From positions 10,592-74,591 of the IMG/VR virus record IMGVR_UViG_3300023218_000003: DNA of 64,000 nucleotides. One strand, 5' to 3'. The position numbers were made by a program, and so were the translations under genes. Below, piece after piece: positions 27,134 to 36,063 of this stretch (within the stretch, counting starts at the first letter, position 1; every line of letters begins with the position of its first letter). Under the pieces are notes generated by a model. It was not told the DNA's origin. It ran no database searches and saw nothing but the letters and a program-made list of their open reading frames with translations. This DNA is from a virus (lineage: Duplodnaviria > Caudoviricetes).

Positions 27134-28888
27134 ATGAAACTGACCAAAAAAGAAGTCGAACGGATGCGTGAACTGAACGCGAAAGCGTCTGGCGACCGCA
27201 CTGACGACGAAAAGAAAGAACTGTCCGGTCTTCTCGCGAAGGCATCTGACAGCGGTGACGACATCAGCAAGCTTCTTGCTTCCGATTTCGACATCGACGA
27301 ACACTTCAAGAACGCACGCAATGTCGATCTTGAAGACGACGGCGATGACGCCCTGACCGCTGACGCTGTGAAGCAGCTTGTCACGGAAAGCGTCACGAAA
27401 GCAATCGAAGGCAAAGGCGTCACCGACGACGTCGTGAAGTCGCTGACCGATCGTCTCGACTCCCTTCAAAGCGTGAAGCCCGAAGACATCAAGTCTGAGA
27501 TCAAAGACGTGCTTGGCGATGGCAACAGCGCCGACGTCGACATCAAGGCTGCGATCGAAGAAGGGCTGAAGAACTTCAAGCCCGAAGGCAGTGTGTCGAA
27601 AGACGACTTCGACAAGGCGATCGCCGATCTGAAGAAGTCGTTCGTCAACAAGGGTCAGAAGAATCAGTTCAGCGGCAACGTCGGCTTCGTGCCTGACGGT
27701 GTCGTCGTCGAATTCCCGACCGAACATCGTGCGGGCAATCTGAACGTCGCTGAAAAGCAGCTTCTGAACGTGATGATGAACGCGACTCCCGGTCTGAAAG
27801 AACATCAGATCGTCGCGCTTCAGAATGACGGCATCCCCGAAGCGACGCTGAAGTATGCCGCCGCAAGCGGACATCGTCAGCTTGAATCGCTTCGCAAGTC
27901 GATTCTTTACGGGCAGAAGACGCTTGTCACTGGGTCTGCGAACAACGGCGCTGAACTGATCGCCACCGATCTTTCCAGCGAACTGCTGAATCGCATGTAT
28001 CTGGATTCGCCGATGGCGTCTGAATTCGTCGCAAGCGAAATCGACATGCCGACCCCGTCGTTTCAGCTTCCGATTCGCACGACTCGCCCGACGTTCTACA
28101 AGGGCAGCGAAAACCCCGGCAGTAACCCGACCGAATCTTCTCCCGGCACTGACAACGTCACGCTGACGGCGCAGAAGCTGATCGGTCGCACGAACTTCAG
28201 CTATGAAGCCGAAGAAGACGCGATCGTCCCCGTGCTTGGCATGGTGACTGAAAACCTCGCTTCTGCTGCGGCTGACGCGCTTGAAGATGCGATCATCAAC
28301 GGCGACACTGCCGGAACGCACCAAGACAGCGACGCGACGTCTTCGGGTTCGATGACTCTGTTCAACGGCATTCGAAAGCTTGCCCTCGGCGGCTCGCTTG
28401 ATCGTTCGCTGTCGACCGGCGGCATCAGCGACACGAACATTCTGACGCTGAAGAAAGACATGGGTCGGTGGGGCATTCGTCCGAACGAACTGCTGATCGT
28501 CTGCGGCGTGAAAGGCTATGCTGACTTCGTCGGTCTTGCCGAAACGCTGACTGCTGATCTGACTGGCGCTGCGGGCACTGCACGCATCAACAGCGGCATG
28601 GCCCCGACTCTGTTCGGGTCGAAGATCGTCGTTTCGTCTCGCGTTCGCGAAGACTTGAACGCTTCGGGCGTCTACGACGGCAGCACGACTTCGAAGGGTT
28701 CGATCTACATCGTGCATCGCCCGTCGTGGATCATGGGTGTTCGCAAGGGCTTCACGGTCGAAATCGATCGCGACGTGCAGCAGCAAGTCAACATCGTCGT
28801 CGCTTCGTTCCGTCGCGACTTCAAGCCGATGGAGACGCCGTCTGCTTCTCTGCCCTACGTCGTCATGGGCCGCGATTACGATTCGTAA
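27134..28888 (+). CDS. major capsid protein (HK97 fold) with N-terminal scaffold/delta domain
   Basis: Acidic coiled-coil N-term; GAELIATDLSSE, KLIGRTNFSYE, LEDAIINGD, TLFGSKIVVS; position after protease. Confidence 0.9.
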   Translation: MKLTKKEVERMRELNAKASGDRTDDEKKELSGLLAKASDSGDDISKLLASDFDIDEHFKNARNVDLEDDGDDALTADAVKQLVTESVTKAIEGKGVTDDVVKSLTDRLDSLQSVKPEDIKSEIKDVLGDGNSADVDIKAAIEEGLKNFKPEGSVSKDDFDKAIADLKKSFVNKGQKNQFSGNVGFVPDGVVVEFPTEHRAGNLNVAEKQLLNVMMNATPGLKEHQIVALQNDGIPEATLKYAAASGHRQLESLRKSILYGQKTLVTGSANNGAELIATDLSSELLNRMYLDSPMASEFVASEIDMPTPSFQLPIRTTRPTFYKGSENPGSNPTESSPGTDNVTLTAQKLIGRTNFSYEAEEDAIVPVLGMVTENLASAAADALEDAIINGDTAGTHQDSDATSSGSMTLFNGIRKLALGGSLDRSLSTGGISDTNILTLKKDMGRWGIRPNELLIVCGVKGYADFVGLAETLTADLTGAAGTARINSGMAPTLFGSKIVVSSRVREDLNASGVYDGSTTSKGSIYIVHRPSWIMGVRKGFTVEIDRDVQQQVNIVVASFRRDFKPMETPSASLPYVVMGRDYDS

Positions 28889-28933
28889 TCGACGCACAAG
28901 ATTTCGTCGAAGATTCCCATCTGACGAATCACG

Positions 28934-28965
28934 AAAACCGTCGTCCTTCGGGGCGGCGGTTTTTT
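28934..28965 (+). terminator. intrinsic terminator after capsid gene
   Basis: AAAACCGTCGTCC-TTCG-GGGCGGCGGTTTTTT. Confidence 0.85.
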
Positions 28966-28969
28966 CGTG

Positions 28970-28998
28970 TTGACGATGTCACAAGAATCTGACACATT
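28970..28998 (+). promoter_or_regulatory. early promoter-like motif
   Basis: TTGACG-ATGTCA-CAAGAA-TCTGA-CACATT. Confidence 0.6.
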
Positions 28999-29004
28999 CT
29001 GATC

Positions 29005-29208
29005 ATGCACATCACATCACGCATCAATCGCTGGAAAACATCTGACATCAAGATTCACAAAGACTCTGCTGGCTACTTCGAAGCAGAACACAAGTTCGCA
29101 GGTCGTCTGATCGACTGGGAGTATTTCGAAACGCGCACAGAATGCAGACGCGCAGCAGTCGAAGTCTTGAAAGAACTGAAAGCTGAAGACGAACTGTCTT
29201 CGATCTGA
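29005..29208 (+). CDS. hypothetical protein
   Basis: ORF after promoter motif at 28970. Confidence 0.55.
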   Translation: MHITSRINRWKTSDIKIHKDSAGYFEAEHKFAGRLIDWEYFETRTECRRAAVEVLKELKAEDELSSI

Positions 29209-29227
29209 TCAACATCGACATCACATC

Positions 29228-29506
29228 ATGAAAAAATATCACACGACAGAGAAGGGACGCGTCGTCGTCGTTTCGAAGAACAGCGACACGAACGGCTACA
29301 TCATGACGTTCCCGAACGATCAAGAAATGCACGTGCAATTCTGGTGGAACAGCAGCGTGCGTTCGTGGTATGCAGCAGCGCACGACGACAACGGTCATCA
29401 AGTCGGCGAAAGCGAATTCTGCTATCTGAAAGAAGACGCGATCGACAACGCGCTTCGCATCGTTGACGCGATCGTCGACAACACTTTCGAACCGAACTGC
29501 TACTGA
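29228..29506 (+). CDS. hypothetical protein
   Basis: ORF with ACATC leader. Confidence 0.6.
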   Translation: MKKYHTTEKGRVVVVSKNSDTNGYIMTFPNDQEMHVQFWWNSSVRSWYAAAHDDNGHQVGESEFCYLKEDAIDNALRIVDAIVDNTFEPNCY

Positions 29507-29688
29507 TGCCAGCGACACTGATCAACACGGGCACGTTCGCGCTGTTCGACGCAGCGCGCGACTGTGTCGTCTTCTGGAAGTCGAAGCACGATGAACTGAA
29601 CGTGCGCGCTGCGATCTTGTCAGCGTGCGAAGCGTCGTGCTGGATCGACGACACGAATCAACTTGAATGGCGAAGAATCGAATCATGA
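29506..29688 (+). CDS. hypothetical protein
   Basis: Coupled overlaps at both ends. Confidence 0.5.
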   Translation: MPATLINTGTFALFDAARDCVVFWKSKHDELNVRAAILSACEASCWIDDTNQLEWRRIES

Positions 29689-30311
29689 AGCGAAACAAGA
29701 AGAAGAAAGCACGTGCTGCGATGATTCGCGCACTGAAGACGGGCAACGTCGAAGAAGCACGCGTCAACGAATGCGGCGACTGCGACTTCTGCTGTCACGC
29801 GCCTGCGATCGCAGCAGACGTGCTGAACGAAGAAGAACTGAAGCTGCTTGGCGGCACGAAAGCAGCGTGCGTGAAGTGCAAGCACGCGAACAACGGCTGC
29901 GCTGTCTACGATCAGCGACCGACACTGTGTCGCGAATACATGTGCATGTTCGCGCTTGGGCAGTGCGAACTTCGACCCGACGAATCGCGCGTCGCGTGGA
30001 CACTTCAGCCGACTGACGCGCGTGACATGCGACCCGTGCTTCTGATGGGTCACTGCTTCGACGTCGAAGAAGTTCTGACGATCGAAGAAAACTTGTCGAT
30101 GATCGACAGCGCGCTGAACAACGACATGATCGAATTCGTCGTGCTGCGCACAGACAAAGAAGCGTGGTGCTTTCAGCGAAACAGTCTTGTTCACAAGATC
30201 AAGATCGATCAGAACGACCCGATCAAGATGCGCGTGTTGCCGCACACAGAAACGACAGCGCGCTTCAAGCTGCTTGATGATGACGACGTCGCTGCTGAAC
30301 GTCTGACATGA
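29685..30311 (+). CDS. YkgJ-like cysteine-cluster (Fe/Zn) protein
   Basis: CGDCDFCC ... CVKC ... CAVYDQRPTLCREYMC. Confidence 0.75.
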   Translation: MKRNKKKKARAAMIRALKTGNVEEARVNECGDCDFCCHAPAIAADVLNEEELKLLGGTKAACVKCKHANNGCAVYDQRPTLCREYMCMFALGQCELRPDESRVAWTLQPTDARDMRPVLLMGHCFDVEEVLTIEENLSMIDSALNNDMIEFVVLRTDKEAWCFQRNSLVHKIKIDQNDPIKMRVLPHTETTARFKLLDDDDVAAERLT

Positions 30312-30820
30312 ACACGCGTCGCATCAGAGTCGGCGGGCGATGGCGCGGTGAAAAGCACGTCGTCACGCAGAACGATCTGTCGAATCCCGAACTTCCCGCG
30401 AAGCTTGTGATCGGCAAGATGAACAAGCGCGACGAAGACGGTCATCTTCTTGACGCGTATGCGAAGCGCACGACGCAGTTCTATGTCGTCATCGATCGAC
30501 TTCGAATGCGCGCATACGACAGACGACGCACGCAGCAGTTCGTTCATCGCGGCGTCAGACTGACGATCAATCGATTCGCACAGCGCGAAGAAATGCTGAC
30601 AGCAGTCGAAGCGCTTCAGCGTGTGAAAGACCCTGTCGACGAAGTCAGCGGCGTCGGCTTCAAGTTCGAAGACGTGTCGCTTGTGAAGTGCCCGCAATGC
30701 AAGGGGCGCGGCAGCAGAGAAGAACACGAATGTCCCGACTTCTATCGAAAGCCTTCTGATCCCGTCAAGTCGTGTCACTGCTGCGCGCAGTGTCGTGCGA
30801 TCTGCGAATCGCCGTTCTGA
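30308..30820 (+). CDS. hypothetical protein with Zn-finger C-terminus
   Basis: CPQCKG..HEC..CHCCAQC. Confidence 0.6.
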   Translation: MNTRRIRVGGRWRGEKHVVTQNDLSNPELPAKLVIGKMNKRDEDGHLLDAYAKRTTQFYVVIDRLRMRAYDRRRTQQFVHRGVRLTINRFAQREEMLTAVEALQRVKDPVDEVSGVGFKFEDVSLVKCPQCKGRGSREEHECPDFYRKPSDPVKSCHCCAQCRAICESPF

Positions 30821-30856
30821 TCGCGTTCATTGCTGTGAACACAGTCGATTCAGCGT

Positions 30857-30919
30857 TTGAAAAAATTTTCAAGAAAATGGTCGAATGACGTTGACGATCG
30901 AACAAAAAAGCGCGATGAT
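30857..30919 (+). promoter_or_regulatory. operator palindrome + early promoter module
   Basis: TTGAAAAAATTTTCAA; TTGACG-ATCGAA-CAAAAA-AGCGC-GATGAT at 30891. Confidence 0.7.
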
Positions 30920-31049
30920 CATGTCAGATGAAGAACTTGCTGCTGACAATCGCGCTGATCCTGCTTTCGCTGAATTGCGACAGCGGCTATCGCGCACAGC
31001 ACGAAGCGCTTCGTCAGAATCAGAACATCACATCAAACTGAACATCATC

Positions 31050-31532
31050 ATGAATCCCTATGCACCCATCAACCCGCACGCACGCAAGACTGTCGACGCT
31101 GACTTTCAACTGAAAGCGCTGACAGCGGGCAACGCGACTGTCACGATCAAGTCGAAGTCGACCGACGAACGACGCACGTTCAAGATCAAAGCGAAAGACG
31201 GCGAAGAAGATTTCTTCTTCGTTCAGCTTCTGACGGGCAGCGACAACAGCGACTGGCGCAGCTACAGCTATCTTGGGCTGATGACTCGCGACAAGTCGAC
31301 GGGTCTGCTTGACGTTCGTCTGACTGCGAAGTCGTGCGTGAAAGATCGCAGCAGCGTCGCGTATCTTGCGATCGCGTGGACGCTGCGACAGCTTCAGACG
31401 AAGCCGCAGAACGTCGCTTCGCAAGTCGAAGTCTGGCACGAAGGGCGCTGCTGCGCGTGCAATCGCAAGCTGACTGTTCCCGAGTCGATCAAATCGGGCT
31501 TCGATCCTCGCTGTCTCGCGAAGCTTGGCTGA
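31050..31532 (+). CDS. DUF6011-like protein
   Basis: GRCCACNRKLTVPESIKSGFDPRC C-terminal Zn motif; start uncertain. Confidence 0.65.
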   Translation: MNPYAPINPHARKTVDADFQLKALTAGNATVTIKSKSTDERRTFKIKAKDGEEDFFFVQLLTGSDNSDWRSYSYLGLMTRDKSTGLLDVRLTAKSCVKDRSSVAYLAIAWTLRQLQTKPQNVASQVEVWHEGRCCACNRKLTVPESIKSGFDPRCLAKLG

Positions 31533-31589
31533 ACTTCAACACAGCGCGCGTCAGTTCGACTCTGACGCGCGCACAACGCATCACACGAC

Positions 31590-31865
31590 ATGATCAGCGA
31601 AAACATCATCACAAGCATCGCAGCGCACGTGCGCGCGTGCTACACGCAGCACACTGACGCGTGGGCACTCGACTTGAAGCCGTTGATCAGATCACGCGCT
31701 GCTGAACTGACGACGACTGAACTGCGCGTCGCGTTCGAAACCTACAGCGGGCAGCAGATGCATCCCGGCGTTCAGCGCGAACAGATCATTCAGACGCTTG
31801 ACGGGCATCTGAAGCACTTCATCACACAGAACATCGACCCGCGCACAGGCGCGTCACTGACATGA
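31590..31865 (+). CDS. hypothetical protein
   Basis: ORF with typical codon usage. Confidence 0.5.
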   Translation: MISENIITSIAAHVRACYTQHTDAWALDLKPLIRSRAAELTTTELRVAFETYSGQQMHPGVQREQIIQTLDGHLKHFITQNIDPRTGASLT

Positions 31866-31953
31866 CTTTCGAACTGACAGCACTGATCGTGACGATGATC
31901 GTCATCGTCGCTGTCGCTGTCGTAGGGTTCGCAGAAATCAACAGAACTGATCC

Positions 31954-32223
31954 ATGAAGATTGCGAAGAAAGACATCATCGGTCGCGTCGTTCGATTCGA
32001 TCGCTATCGCGGCGACGAACTTCCCGGCCCGTTCAAGCGCGACGAACTTGTCGAAGTGCTGCGCATCATCGAAGAAGAAGAAGTCGGCAGCTTGATCTTT
32101 GCAGAGACGTTCGAATGTCGCAGTCTTCGCACTGGCGAAGAAGACAGTTTGCTGCGTCAAGAATTCGTCGTGCCGAAAGTCGCACTGAAGTTTCCCATCA
32201 AACCACACGTCATCGAACTATGA
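31954..32223 (+). CDS. hypothetical protein
   Basis: ORF, SH3-like beta pattern possible. Confidence 0.5.
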   Translation: MKIAKKDIIGRVVRFDRYRGDELPGPFKRDELVEVLRIIEEEEVGSLIFAETFECRSLRTGEEDSLLRQEFVVPKVALKFPIKPHVIEL

Positions 32224-32444
32224 AGAAGAAGAAGCAAGAACTGACGCACGGCAATCAAGTCGTGTTCGCACGTAGCGGCAGCTACGATCACGGGCTGACA
32301 CACACGATCATCGACACTGCGTCGACGACTGGCGACAGCGACAAGAAGCGCAAGCGCATCTTCAGATTGCGCGGCAGCGACAAGAAGATTCGCTTCGGCG
32401 GTGAACACGAACTGCGTCGCGCGACTCGCGCTGAACGCTACTGA
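32220..32444 (+). CDS. hypothetical protein
   Basis: ATGA overlap. Confidence 0.5.
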   Translation: MKKKKQELTHGNQVVFARSGSYDHGLTHTIIDTASTTGDSDKKRKRIFRLRGSDKKIRFGGEHELRRATRAERY

Positions 32445-32455
32445 CAATTTATCAG

Positions 32456-32526
32456 TGATGTGATAATTGACGGGGTGATGCCCGTCACAGAAGCGTCATC
32501 GTCCTCGGGCGATGGCGCTTTCTTTT
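32456..32526 (+). other. double-hairpin element copy 2
   Basis: TGATGTGAT, TGACGGG-GTGATG-CCCGTCA, second hairpin plus T tract. Confidence 0.5.
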
Positions 32527-32567
32527 GCGCTGGCGTCGACGCTGACAGCGTGCTACTGTCTCGATCT

Positions 32568-32987
32568 ATGGAACGACGTGTTGAATACATCGCAGACGAA
32601 CCTGATCGTGTGGGCCGTTTCGGAACGCTGAAGAAAGGCGACGTCATCAAGGTCGACGAAGTCGAGTATCGCGGCTGTCTTGAAGCGCCGCACAAGTTCA
32701 AGCCCGTGCGATCGCGAAACGTCGACGCTGATCCCGAAGAAGAATTCACGAAACACGATCGACCGATTGCGTCGCCGTTCTTCGATCTTCGCACGATCAG
32801 ATGGAATCGCGGCGACTGTCTTCGTCGACTGAAGATGAAGCCGAAGAAGACGCTGATCAAGATTGCACGTGCGATGCAAGACGTCAGCGGCGTTCACGTC
32901 GACTTCGACTTGCGCGCGACACGCAAGCACATCGCTGAATCGATCTTCAACGTCGCAATGCGACACGACTGGCCGAACAGATCATGA
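32568..32987 (+). CDS. hypothetical protein; N-terminus paralogous to 24686..25171
   Basis: VEYIADEPDRVGRFGTLKKGDVI vs VVYKGADDRIGRFGTVKTGDTI. Confidence 0.6.
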   Translation: MERRVEYIADEPDRVGRFGTLKKGDVIKVDEVEYRGCLEAPHKFKPVRSRNVDADPEEEFTKHDRPIASPFFDLRTIRWNRGDCLRRLKMKPKKTLIKIARAMQDVSGVHVDFDLRATRKHIAESIFNVAMRHDWPNRS

Positions 32988-33196
32988 TTGTCATCGCATT
33001 CGCAGCGTTTCTGTATCTTCTGCTGATGCTCGCTGCTGCGTGCGTCGGCATCATCGTGTGGGCGATCTTCTTCGCGTGGTGGCTTCCCGCTGAACACACG
33101 CGCGAAGTCGCTTTCTTCTTCGCGCTGCTGTTCGCACTTCTACAGCACAGCAGATTCGTGCGCGACACAGACGTTGAAACAATTTTCAAATCATGA
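32984..33196 (+). CDS. small membrane protein
   Basis: Two TM-like segments. Confidence 0.5.
   Translation: MIVIAFAAFLYLLLMLAAACVGIIVWAIFFAWWLPAEHTREVAFFFALLFALLQHSRFVRDTDVETIFKS
33174..33189. promoter_or_regulatory. operator-like palindrome
   Basis: TTGAAACAATTTTCAA. Confidence 0.75.
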
Positions 33197-33393
33197 ATGA
33201 AGCAACAGTCAGAAATCTGATCGATCAGTCAGGGCTTGATTCGTCTGATCGTGTCGAACTTCACGCACGCGTCACGAAAGCGGCTGGCGACACAGAACGT
33301 CTGCGCACGATTTACGACGAAGTGAATCGTCGCAAAGGCGGCGTGACGAAAGGCTATCAGACGAAGAAGCAGCGTCACTTCGACACGCGCTGA
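33193..33393 (+). CDS. hypothetical protein
   Basis: ORF directly after palindrome at 33174. Confidence 0.5.
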   Translation: MNEATVRNLIDQSGLDSSDRVELHARVTKAAGDTERLRTIYDEVNRRKGGVTKGYQTKKQRHFDTR

Positions 33394-33398
33394 TCGTG

Positions 33399-33419
33399 CT
33401 GGACATCGCAGCAGAAACG
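33399..33419 (+). promoter_or_regulatory. late promoter-like motif
   Basis: CTGGAC-N9-GAAACG before adaptor gene. Confidence 0.65.
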
Positions 33420-33433
33420 CTGCAACGTGACGC

Positions 33434-34054
33434 ATGGCTGTCACTGTCCCGCTGAACAAACCGTATTGCACTCTGCTTCAGCTTCAGAAAGAACTGAAGA
33501 ACACTGACGCAGACGAAGAAGATACGATCAAAGACTGGCATCACGACTGCATCAATCGCGCGTCGCGACTGATCGACGAATACTGTCAGCGCGACTTCTG
33601 GTATCACGATCGCACTTCGGGCGGTGACGGCGTGCTTGAAGTGCCGAAGCAGTATGTGAAGAGACGTCACATCTTCTTGCCGTGGCCGATCATCACGATC
33701 AACACGATCACGCTTGATGACACTGCATGGGACGCAGAAGACTTTCGCGCGAACGTCGGCGAATCGCGCATCACATACTACACTGACATCAGCTTCGTTG
33801 ACTTCGAAGACAACGACTGGTTGACGATCGACGGCACGTTCGGCTACACGATCGCAGATACGACGCAGCCGCCGACTGACGCGACGTTTCCCGAAGCGAT
33901 TCGTCGTGCGTGCATTCACATCGCAGCAGCGCTGACGGGAGACATGCGCAAAGAAGTTCAAGCGCTTGACGGTTCGAAAGTGTCGCTTCTCGACACGCGC
34001 ATTCCGCCCGAAGCAGCGAAGCTGTTGAAGCGCTTCAAGCGAAGATTCTGGTGA
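33434..34054 (+). CDS. head-tail adaptor (gp6/gp15-like)
   Basis: YCTLLQLQKEL, INRASRLIDEYC, GTFGY, PEAIRRACI; follows late promoter. Confidence 0.8.
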   Translation: MAVTVPLNKPYCTLLQLQKELKNTDADEEDTIKDWHHDCINRASRLIDEYCQRDFWYHDRTSGGDGVLEVPKQYVKRRHIFLPWPIITINTITLDDTAWDAEDFRANVGESRITYYTDISFVDFEDNDWLTIDGTFGYTIADTTQPPTDATFPEAIRRACIHIAAALTGDMRKEVQALDGSKVSLLDTRIPPEAAKLLKRFKRRFW

Positions 34055-34055
34055 C

Positions 34056-34538
34056 ATGATTCAGATCACGATCGAAGACGAACGCGCTGAAAAGATTTTC
34101 GACGGTCTGCTTGATGCGATCGATGATCGACGCGTCAACGCGCTTCTGTTCAAAGAAGCTGAAGTCACACGCAAGCGTCTTGTCGAACAGACGCCGAAGA
34201 AATGGACGGGACAGACGCGCAGAGAATGGCGCACTGCGCAGATCATCGGCGGCTGGACGATCACGAACGATTCGAAAGTCATGCGCTTCTTGGAGAAGGG
34301 AACGAAAGCGCACGGGCCGAAGCGTGCGAAGATGCTCTACATTCCGAAAGTGCCGCAAGCGATGTATGGCTATCAGAAAGGCTTCGTCTTCGGCATTCAC
34401 TACATCTTGAAGAAGCGCGTGCGCGGCATTCGTGCGATGAAGATCGTCGAACGAGAACGACCGCTTGCGAAAGAACGACTGCTTGATTCGATGGTCGATC
34501 ATCTGAAATACTACATCGCGAAATCACTAGCCGCCTGA
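34056..34538 (+). CDS. tail completion protein (HK97 gp10-like)
   Basis: TPKKWTGQTRREW, MRFLEKGT; position. Confidence 0.7.
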   Translation: MIQITIEDERAEKIFDGLLDAIDDRRVNALLFKEAEVTRKRLVEQTPKKWTGQTRREWRTAQIIGGWTITNDSKVMRFLEKGTKAHGPKRAKMLYIPKVPQAMYGYQKGFVFGIHYILKKRVRGIRAMKIVERERPLAKERLLDSMVDHLKYYIAKSLAA

Positions 34539-34542
34539 CGAC

Positions 34543-35091
34543 ATGCCCGAACTGTATCAAATCGAAATGTATGTTCGACCCTACTGGGAAATCGAACGAC
34601 GCCTGACGTATCACTGCCGCGACATCGACGGTCGCATCTGCCGCAAGCTGAACTTCGATCGTGAAGGCGTCAACGAAGCTGACGGTGCTGAAGACTTGCC
34701 GTATATCGTGCCCTACACGATGTCTGACACTGAAGTCATCGGCGCGGGCGCAGTGCCCGACGAACTGACTTCGGGTTCATCGAACGTGCAGATCACGCAA
34801 GTCTTTCAGTTCATGATCGCGAGTCGTCGCGAATACGGTCTTGTGCGTGACGATCCGACGACGCAGCCGTCGCGCAAGAAAGGCATTCTTGAATGGATCG
34901 GATGTGTTCGCGACGCGATCGAAACAGACACAGACGACACGAAAGACCCGCTGCTGAAAGAAGCTGTGTTTCGCCCTGTCGCGTTCAGCATCACTGATCT
35001 TGCGGTGACTGAACTTTCGTGGCAAGCGATCATGCGCGCCGAATGTGCGATCCCGCACTGGTCGCGTGCTGGAAGAACTGAAACAGATTGA
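34543..35091 (+). CDS. putative tail terminator protein
   Basis: Position between gp10-like and tail tube genes. Confidence 0.5.
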   Translation: MPELYQIEMYVRPYWEIERRLTYHCRDIDGRICRKLNFDREGVNEADGAEDLPYIVPYTMSDTEVIGAGAVPDELTSGSSNVQITQVFQFMIASRREYGLVRDDPTTQPSRKKGILEWIGCVRDAIETDTDDTKDPLLKEAVFRPVAFSITDLAVTELSWQAIMRAECAIPHWSRAGRTETD

Positions 35092-35103
35092 CGAAACTTT
35101 TTT

Positions 35104-35130
35104 CTGGACACGTCTTCGAAACGTCGCAGA
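35104..35130 (+). promoter_or_regulatory. late promoter-like motif (tail tube)
   Basis: CTGGAC-ACGTCTTC-GAAACG-TCGCAGA. Confidence 0.7.
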
Positions 35131-35160
35131 CTGATCGTGTAACAATTCTTCTTCACTGTC

Positions 35161-35511
35161 ATGCCTGCTGCAACCGTTGTCGGAACATCGCTATCTTTCG
35201 GAGTCGCATCCGATGAATCTTCACTGACGACACAGTCTGTGTCTGTCACGAACAAAGCGGACAAGAAAGAAGCCCGCGACAAAGACGGCGGCGTCACTGC
35301 GGTCGCCTACTACAACAAGACTTCTGAAATCAGCATCGAAGGTCTTGGCACGTTCAGCGGTGCGTCGACGAACATCGGCACGACTCTGACGATCAGCGGC
35401 ACTTTCGATCTTGCTTCTTCGACTGTCTATCTTGACGAAGTCACGATCGAACAAGCGAATGAAGAATTCGTGAAGACTTCGCTGAAAGCGACTGCATACG
35501 AAGAAATCTGA
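35161..35511 (+). CDS. tail tube protein (short type)
   Basis: Late promoter, downstream hairpin, position before chaperone and TMP; beta-hairpin pattern. Confidence 0.65.
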   Translation: MPAATVVGTSLSFGVASDESSLTTQSVSVTNKADKKEARDKDGGVTAVAYYNKTSEISIEGLGTFSGASTNIGTTLTISGTFDLASSTVYLDEVTIEQANEEFVKTSLKATAYEEI

Positions 35512-35584
35512 TGACGAACTTTCGCGGCGGCAAGCATAGCGTCTTGTCGCCGTTATCAGCTACGCGCACGACGCGTCACAAGAC

Positions 35585-36061
35585 ATGCCACAAGCAAAGC
35601 AGCAGGGGCCGCTATTCGACCTCGATCACGACGAACTGAAAGCGGGCGACACTGTCGTTCATGTTCGCGATACGAAACTTGCCGCAGCACTGATCGCTGT
35701 CGGCATCCCGCTTCGACACGACCCGCCCTATACGCACATCGAACGTGCTGACGGGCAAGAAATCTGGACGTTCTGCTTCTACCCGTCAGATCAAGACGGC
35801 GAAGTCACGACTGCTGAATGCATCGAAGCGTGGAAGCGCGATCTTGACTTCATCGCTGAATATCCGCTGCACCCGTTCAGCTTCGCGATGGCAGCAGTCA
35901 AGAACATGGATCGACTGCATCATCACATGACTGAAATCGATCCCGAACCGCAAGTCGCGTTTCGTGTGCCGACTGAAGACGGCAAGTCGGGCACGATGCT
36001 GCTGAAGAAGAATTCGAAGAAATACAAGGCAGCGATTCGTCGCGGCTTCAAACAGCTTTAA
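35585..36061 (+). CDS. hypothetical tail-module protein
   Basis: RDTKLAAALIAVGIPL motif; position. Confidence 0.6.
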   Translation: MPQAKQQGPLFDLDHDELKAGDTVVHVRDTKLAAALIAVGIPLRHDPPYTHIERADGQEIWTFCFYPSDQDGEVTTAECIEAWKRDLDFIAEYPLHPFSFAMAAVKNMDRLHHHMTEIDPEPQVAFRVPTEDGKSGTMLLKKNSKKYKAAIRRGFKQL

Positions 36062-36063
36062 TC

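Noticed and set aside
26927-28897. Long minus-strand ORFs (656 aa here; also 43902..45632, 38238..39173, 10812..11753 and many others)
   Set aside because: Shadows of real plus-strand genes. Sense TTA/CTA codons are rare, so antisense in-frame stops are scarce; the translations have no recognisable motifs.
30885-31049. N-terminal extension of the DUF6011-like ORF, and similar extensions at 10800, 17978, 44169, 51555 and 61732
   Set aside because: These extensions run through promoter/operator motifs; downstream ATGs with ACATC leaders or promoter-proximal positions are better starts.
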